A stretch of DNA of 22,235 bases from Candidatus Thorarchaeota archaeon (GTDB lineage Archaea; Asgardarchaeota; Thorarchaeia; Thorarchaeales; Thorarchaeaceae). A program made the translations under genes and the position numbers. The stretch covers positions 1 to 22,235 of the forward strand of contig JBHLRZ010000046.1 in assembly GCA_048882045.1 (NCBI GenBank). Reading direction: 5' to 3'. A model generated the notes under the pieces. It saw nothing but the letters and a program-made list of their open reading frames with translations, was not told the DNA's origin and did no database searches. Below are positions 17,971-22,235 of the stretch, in pieces; position 1 is the stretch's first letter; each line of letters begins with the position of its first letter.

Positions 17971-19356
17971 CTACATTCCTCCTACCGGTACAGCCCTGAT
18001 CCTGGCATGAGGTCCGCCAGTCATCGTGGGTACGCTCTGGCCACCCTTTCCACATGTTCCAGCATCAAGTTCGAAATCATTGCCAATAGCGTCAATCTTG
18101 GGGAGGACTTCGAGGATATTACCAGCCAGAGATACATCTCGGACCATCTGCCCCTTCTCTCCATTTTCAATCATGTAGCCGTGACTGGCTTGAAACATGA
18201 ACTGGCCTTTTGCAGGTTGTGTATAGCCATAGTTAAAACTACAGAGAAGTATGCCACTCTTGGTATCCTCAAGCAGTTCATCAAGATTCCAGTCTCTTGG
18301 TTCCATGAAGGTGTTGCTCATTCTCGGAAGAGGGGCGAACATGAACGACTGGCTCCTTGCAGAACCATTAGGCTCCATATCCAATCGTGAAGACGTTTCT
18401 AGACTATGTAGGAGCTCATTGAGTACACCATCCTTGACAAGGTGTCGTTTTCTGGTCTTAGTTCCCTCCCAGTCATATTCAGTCGAACCACGTTTTCCTT
18501 GAAGCGTAGGATCATCACTGATGCTGAGAAAATCAGGACCCATACGATCTCCAATTCTATCCTCCAACACTGTAGAATGTGCAGGCCAGTTATCAGCCTC
18601 CACTGCATGTCCAAATGCTTCATGTGTTAGGACTCCATTTAGGATGGGATCCATGACAACATCGTAGATTCCGCCTTTTGCAGCCTTAGAGGACAAGAGG
18701 TCAATCGCAAGTTTTGCCGCCTCAGTGCCAATATTTTGAACTGCTTCAGTTTCCATCTCTTCAAAGCCACCGCGAAGTCCAATAGACTTCTGCATTCGCT
18801 GCCTATTTGCCCCCTCTTTTGCAGTGGGTACAGAAATGATTCGTGGGACAGAGTTCTGCATGGAAACATTGGTTCCCAACGAATTTGCGATGTGAATCTC
18901 AGACCATAACTCTCCATAGATTGAACGAGTGGATACAATGCGTTTGTCATAATCACGAGCTTGATCGTCAATCATTCTTACCAGATCCATCTTTTCGTCA
19001 ATCGAGATTGATGAAAATGGCTTCTTGGGAGTCATCGTGAATTTACCTTCGAATGAGGGCCCATGAATCTGAAATTTCTCTTCTACTCGGTCACGTGTGG
19101 CTAAGGCAAGTCTAGCAACAGATTCACCGGTTGACCTTATACCTTCAGAGGAGAGGTTAGTAGTCTGAGCAAATGCCCATGCTCCATCAATGAATGCCCT
19201 TATTCCAGCGCCTTTCATCCGTGACGCAATCGACTGTTTTGTGATGGCATCGTTAATTTCGATGATGGTTGTAGTAGTGTTCTCAATACGGATATCAACA
19301 AAACTAGCACCAACATTGAGTGCTGCTTCGATTGCAGTCTGAGCAAGGTCCTCCAT
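17971..19356 (-). CDS. tldD: TldD family metalloprotease
   Basis: HEAFGHAVEAD zinc motif, DWEG, PRMSNT and CGKGGQ..P...GGPH. The likely start is ATG 19356 (MEDLAQ), after a GAGG SD. Confidence 0.93.
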   Translation of the reverse strand: MEDLAQTAIEAALNVGASFVDIRIENTTTTIIEINDAITKQSIASRMKGAGIRAFIDGAWAFAQTTNLSSEGIRSTGESVARLALATRDRVEEKFQIHGPSFEGKFTMTPKKPFSSISIDEKMDLVRMIDDQARDYDKRIVSTRSIYGELWSEIHIANSLGTNVSMQNSVPRIISVPTAKEGANRQRMQKSIGLRGGFEEMETEAVQNIGTEAAKLAIDLLSSKAAKGGIYDVVMDPILNGVLTHEAFGHAVEADNWPAHSTVLEDRIGDRMGPDFLSISDDPTLQGKRGSTEYDWEGTKTRKRHLVKDGVLNELLHSLETSSRLDMEPNGSARSQSFMFAPLPRMSNTFMEPRDWNLDELLEDTKSGILLCSFNYGYTQPAKGQFMFQASHGYMIENGEKGQMVRDVSLAGNILEVLPKIDAIGNDFELDAGTCGKGGQSVPTMTGGPHARIRAVPVGGM

Positions 19357-19524
19357 GATATCGCCTCTGAATTGAGCTGAGGTTTTGTCATTCTGATATA
19401 ACTGATATGGCTTGTACATTCACTTGTAACAGGTGACAATGTATCATCCCTAATGTTTCCTGAATAATACTCAGGTTATTCTTGGATAACTCCTCGATAG
19501 AAATAGCCTACCGGAGGTACTCAG

Positions 19525-21090
19525 ATGACAGAAGACCCCTCGCTCGAAAAATGTAGATCCTGTCAGTCCAACAGAGCCACTCATATGTGTGAAGACTGCG
19601 GAGCCGCGATTTGCTCAGGATGTCTTGAATCTAACTCGAGTGAATATACTGTTTGTAGCGACTGTCATCACACTCTAGGAACTCCTGACTTTGGAGAGAA
19701 GTTCGAAACATGTCCTCAGTGCGAATCAGAGAACCTCAGTCAGGGCCGTAGGACAACCGATATCTGTCCTAGGTGCCACTCAACTCAAGTCGTTCTTCTA
19801 GAGGATAGACGAAGGTCACTCGCTCTAGAAATGCGCCATGCAATAATGAGTATTCAATATGGACATACAAAGCTAAGGGAGTTCACAAACAAACTCGTTT
19901 CAGCTAAGAGACTACTAGTATCTCTGAGAATGGCCAACTTTCTCCATTACCGTTGGATTGAGGAGAAAATCGAAGGAATCCAACAAGAACTTCCAGCGAT
20001 AAGCAACAGGATAGTAAGTCAAGCTGAAATCACTGCAAAGAGAATGGCTGCAGAAACAAAGAACTTCATCGACTATAATTGTTGGACCCCTTCACAGTTC
20101 CCATTCATAGAAGGGATCACAAACAGAATCACTGAGATGGGGATCTATTACAAACAGAATGTTGACCAAGCTCTAGAACCACTGAGGGGGACTCTAAAGG
20201 ATGTCCGGAGGCAACTGGATGGTCTGGATTACTACAAAGGTCAATTCACTACATTCTATGATCACAACCAGCTTTCTGTAGGAGAAATGCCCGTGTGTGC
20301 TCTTCCCGAAATAAAGGTGACAGGGAGCGACTTTCTCAAGAATGACAAAGCACTGGGAACTTTGTTCTTGACCAACAAAAGGCTTCTGTTCATTGCAGAA
20401 ACTGGCAGAGTAAGAAAGAAGATGGAAACTGTCTTTGACTTCCCACTGATCTATCTAAAGTCGATTGAAGAGGATGGACGAATACGGAAGAGACTAGTCT
20501 TTCGCCTCAAGCAAGGGGAGGTAAGAATATCCTGCTCTGATCAGACGAAGAAAGTCCTGCCTGATTATGTAGAGATAGCAAGGAAATTTGACAAGTACAT
20601 TCAGACAGATATGCAACGGGTTAGAAAGATTGAGCAGCAGGATGTGAACACTAGTGAGGTAAGACTCAAGATCGAGGGAATGGTCTACTCACTACTCTCC
20701 ACAAATACACGGTCTCAGTATGACCAAGACGATTTGATTGGAAGACCAGGTTTGAAACCCCGAATTTCAGATTGGGAAAGATCTCGACCACGACCCTCAC
20801 CATATGGGGGATACTACAGAAAACCAGAAACATTCCGTGAGGAATTGAGCAGGACAATTGATCAATATGACACTCAATCCACCTACCCGAATAGTCCTAG
20901 GATGCATGCATTACAGAGGGATGCTGCATCCATTGAGAATGCAATTCGAGATACTGTGCACATGCTAAGGAGTGGACAGTTGATGGCAGAGGACTTCATT
21001 AGAAGGTATAAGGATCTCATGAGGGATTCATTTCATAACCGACGTGAGATGGACCAGATATCACGCAGCTCACATGATAGCCTTTGGTAG
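19525..21090 (+). CDS. Multidomain putative ESCRT adaptor: FYVE-like/multi-Zn finger + helical stalk + GRAM/PH-like domain + steadiness-box-like C-terminus
   Basis: Six CxxC pairs in aa 10-84. GTLFLTNKRLLF at aa 278-289. C-terminal IENAIRDTVHMLRSGQLMAEDFIRRYKDL...FHNRR. A GGAGGT SD precedes the ATG. Confidence 0.65.
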   Translation: MTEDPSLEKCRSCQSNRATHMCEDCGAAICSGCLESNSSEYTVCSDCHHTLGTPDFGEKFETCPQCESENLSQGRRTTDICPRCHSTQVVLLEDRRRSLALEMRHAIMSIQYGHTKLREFTNKLVSAKRLLVSLRMANFLHYRWIEEKIEGIQQELPAISNRIVSQAEITAKRMAAETKNFIDYNCWTPSQFPFIEGITNRITEMGIYYKQNVDQALEPLRGTLKDVRRQLDGLDYYKGQFTTFYDHNQLSVGEMPVCALPEIKVTGSDFLKNDKALGTLFLTNKRLLFIAETGRVRKKMETVFDFPLIYLKSIEEDGRIRKRLVFRLKQGEVRISCSDQTKKVLPDYVEIARKFDKYIQTDMQRVRKIEQQDVNTSEVRLKIEGMVYSLLSTNTRSQYDQDDLIGRPGLKPRISDWERSRPRPSPYGGYYRKPETFREELSRTIDQYDTQSTYPNSPRMHALQRDAASIENAIRDTVHMLRSGQLMAEDFIRRYKDLMRDSFHNRREMDQISRSSHDSLW

Positions 21091-21092
21091 CA

Positions 21093-21692
21093 TCACATTC
21101 CAAGCTCTCGTTCTAGGGCCTTGATGTCCTCCTCAAGAGAGTCAGCTTCACTGACTGGACCAATTGTGGCCTCTGACAAACCTGCTTCTGCATCTATTTC
21201 GGCCATTGCTGATGTGAGGTCATCCGAAGTGATTTCCATAGTGGAATCGAGGGCATCATCTGAGATGCTTGCTTCAATTTCAAACTCTTCAAGTCGTCGT
21301 GCAATTTCATCAACATTAGCTACGACCTTGGTTGCATCAGTTCCATCACCAAGCATCCCCAGAATCTTGGCAACTTCTTGGAGTGCTTTCTGAGTCTTTG
21401 CAGAGGTCTGAGCCCTGTTAAGGTGTGCAAGAATCTTGAGAATCTGCAATCGTGACTTGTCCACAGATAAGGCGTATCTCCTGAAACGAACCATTTCAGT
21501 AGCGTAAGTTCGATAGGCGTCTGTCTGTCCAGCCTTCCGTGCACGAACAGCACGAGCCTTTGTGTCCCGCTCTTCTTTCTCAAGCTTGTTACGTTGACGA
21601 GCAAGTTGTTTTGAAAGGATACGGAGACGGCTGGAAACTTCACCAATGTCGGGTTTCTTTCTACCCCAGGAGAATGCCTTTCTAATACTCAA
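21093..21692 (-). CDS. ESCRT-III (Snf7-domain) protein, Vps2/Vps24/Vps46 class
   Basis: Basic N-terminal helical hairpin (L.RQ..KLEKEE...K......K.G.....R.YA.EMVR.RR), an acidic C-terminal half, an N-terminal amphipathic stub (MSIRKAFSWG) and a C-terminal MIM1-like helix. TTG start with an AGGTG SD. Confidence 0.88.
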   Translation of the reverse strand: MSIRKAFSWGRKKPDIGEVSSRLRILSKQLARQRNKLEKEERDTKARAVRARKAGQTDAYRTYATEMVRFRRYALSVDKSRLQILKILAHLNRAQTSAKTQKALQEVAKILGMLGDGTDATKVVANVDEIARRLEEFEIEASISDDALDSTMEITSDDLTSAMAEIDAEAGLSEATIGPVSEADSLEEDIKALERELGM

Positions 21693-21819
21693 GAATTACA
21701 CCTTTTCTACTGGGGGATATTCAGGATGAGCGTTTAAACCTTCGTAGTTTTCAAGAATGTATGCTCTGCGCATGACAGAAATTCTTAATGGGATACACTC
21801 AGAGTTCTCATGAACTCGA
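21693..21819. promoter_or_regulatory. Divergent promoter region of ESCRT-III and Vps4
   Basis: 127-bp intergenic gap with palindromic GTTTAAAC (21732-21739) and a GAAATTCTTAAT BRE/TATA-like element about 30-40 nt before the vps4 ATG. Confidence 0.45.
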
Positions 21820-22235
21820 ATGGCAGGAACAGATAGTGACCGAGTAGACCAAGGACTCAAGAAGCTGCTTGAGCAAGCGATAACCCTAGACCAGAGGGGT
21901 ATGAAGAAAGAGGCGTGCCAATATTATCTGAAGGCAAGCAAGATTCTCATCAAGATGTCAAACTCGACTTCTCTACCATCGGTCAGGAAACACTACATTG
22001 ATCGAGCCCAAGAGTGTGTTGACAGGGTCCGATATCTGTCAGGTATAAAGAAGAAGTCAAAGGGGCCTGTGGATGGTCTAGTAACTCCCCCCAAGTTGGA
22101 CAGTGCACCTTCTCAACCAGCTACAATCAAAGAGCCGACAACTGAATCAGAGGTCGACGATGAAGCCAAGAAACTGCAAGAGATGATTTCTGATACTATT
22201 CTCACAGAACGACCTACTGTCAAGCTGTCGGAGGT
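21820..22235 (+). CDS. vps4: Vps4-like AAA+ ATPase, N-terminal MIT domain and linker (runs off the right edge; not in ORF track)
   Basis: Manual translation: MAGTDSDRVDQGLKKLLEQAITLDQRGMKKEACQYYLKASKILIKMSNSTSLPSVRKHYIDRAQECVDRVRYLSG...KLQEMISDTILTERPTVKLSEV. This is a three-helix MIT (A...D..G...EA...Y..A) plus the I..E.P.V...(D/E)V entry into a meiotic-clade AAA domain, next to ESCRT-III. Confidence 0.88.
   Translation, partial: MAGTDSDRVDQGLKKLLEQAITLDQRGMKKEACQYYLKASKILIKMSNSTSLPSVRKHYIDRAQECVDRVRYLSGIKKKSKGPVDGLVTPPKLDSAPSQPATIKEPTTESEVDDEAKKLQEMISDTILTERPTVKLSE

Noticed and set aside
16826-19040. Several 60-140 aa ORFs within tldD/tldE
   Set aside because: Alternative-frame or antisense shadows of conserved genes.
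16620-19356. TldD/TldE as part of a RiPP cluster or of the ESCRT module
   Set aside because: No precursor peptide, YcaO or radical SAM gene is nearby. TldDE pairs are widespread housekeeping genes in archaea, and adjacency alone is insufficient.
19462-19481. GAATAA-N8-TTATTC inverted repeat between tldD and the adaptor gene
   Set aside because: Only 6-bp AT-rich arms, which are expected by chance in promoter DNA.
1-22235. CRISPR arrays, tRNA/rRNA genes, IS elements
   Set aside because: I saw no spaced direct repeats, cloverleaf or rRNA-like segments, or transposase ORFs. The intergenic gaps are short.

Overview
A compact archaeal chromosomal window with no mobile element, CRISPR array or structural RNA gene that I can see. 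The TFB, DGGGP synthase, archaeal ArgRS, longin-like protein, Yip1-like protein and ESCRT-III plus MIT-Vps4 point to an Asgard archaeon. Thorarchaeia is my best guess, and it is an inference only. Left to right the window holds two tandem alpha/beta hydrolases (the first truncated by the window edge and missing from the ORF track), a DUF2804-like protein, alanine dehydrogenase/OCD, small membrane and wHTH proteins, and a TraB-family protein. Next come an HTH / ECF-S-like / hypB unit, a second ECF S component, Zn-ribbon-Yip1, DGGGP synthase, endonuclease IV, a THUMP-type RNA methyltransferase, a longin-like protein, TFB, ArgRS and TldD/TldE. The highlight is the right end (19525-22235), a putative ESCRT module with three parts. 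(1) A 521-aa protein combining a FYVE-like multi-Zn finger, a helical stalk, a GRAM/GLUE-like PH domain and a C-terminal Vps23/Vps37 steadiness-box-like hairpin, with no recognisable UEV domain. (2) A Vps2/24/46-type ESCRT-III. (3) A divergently transcribed Vps4, missed by the ORF track because it runs off the window. The ESCRT-III MIM1 and the Vps4 MIT domain appear to carry reciprocal charge reversals, suggesting a dedicated, orthogonal pair. All domain calls are by-eye motif recognition, not database searches.
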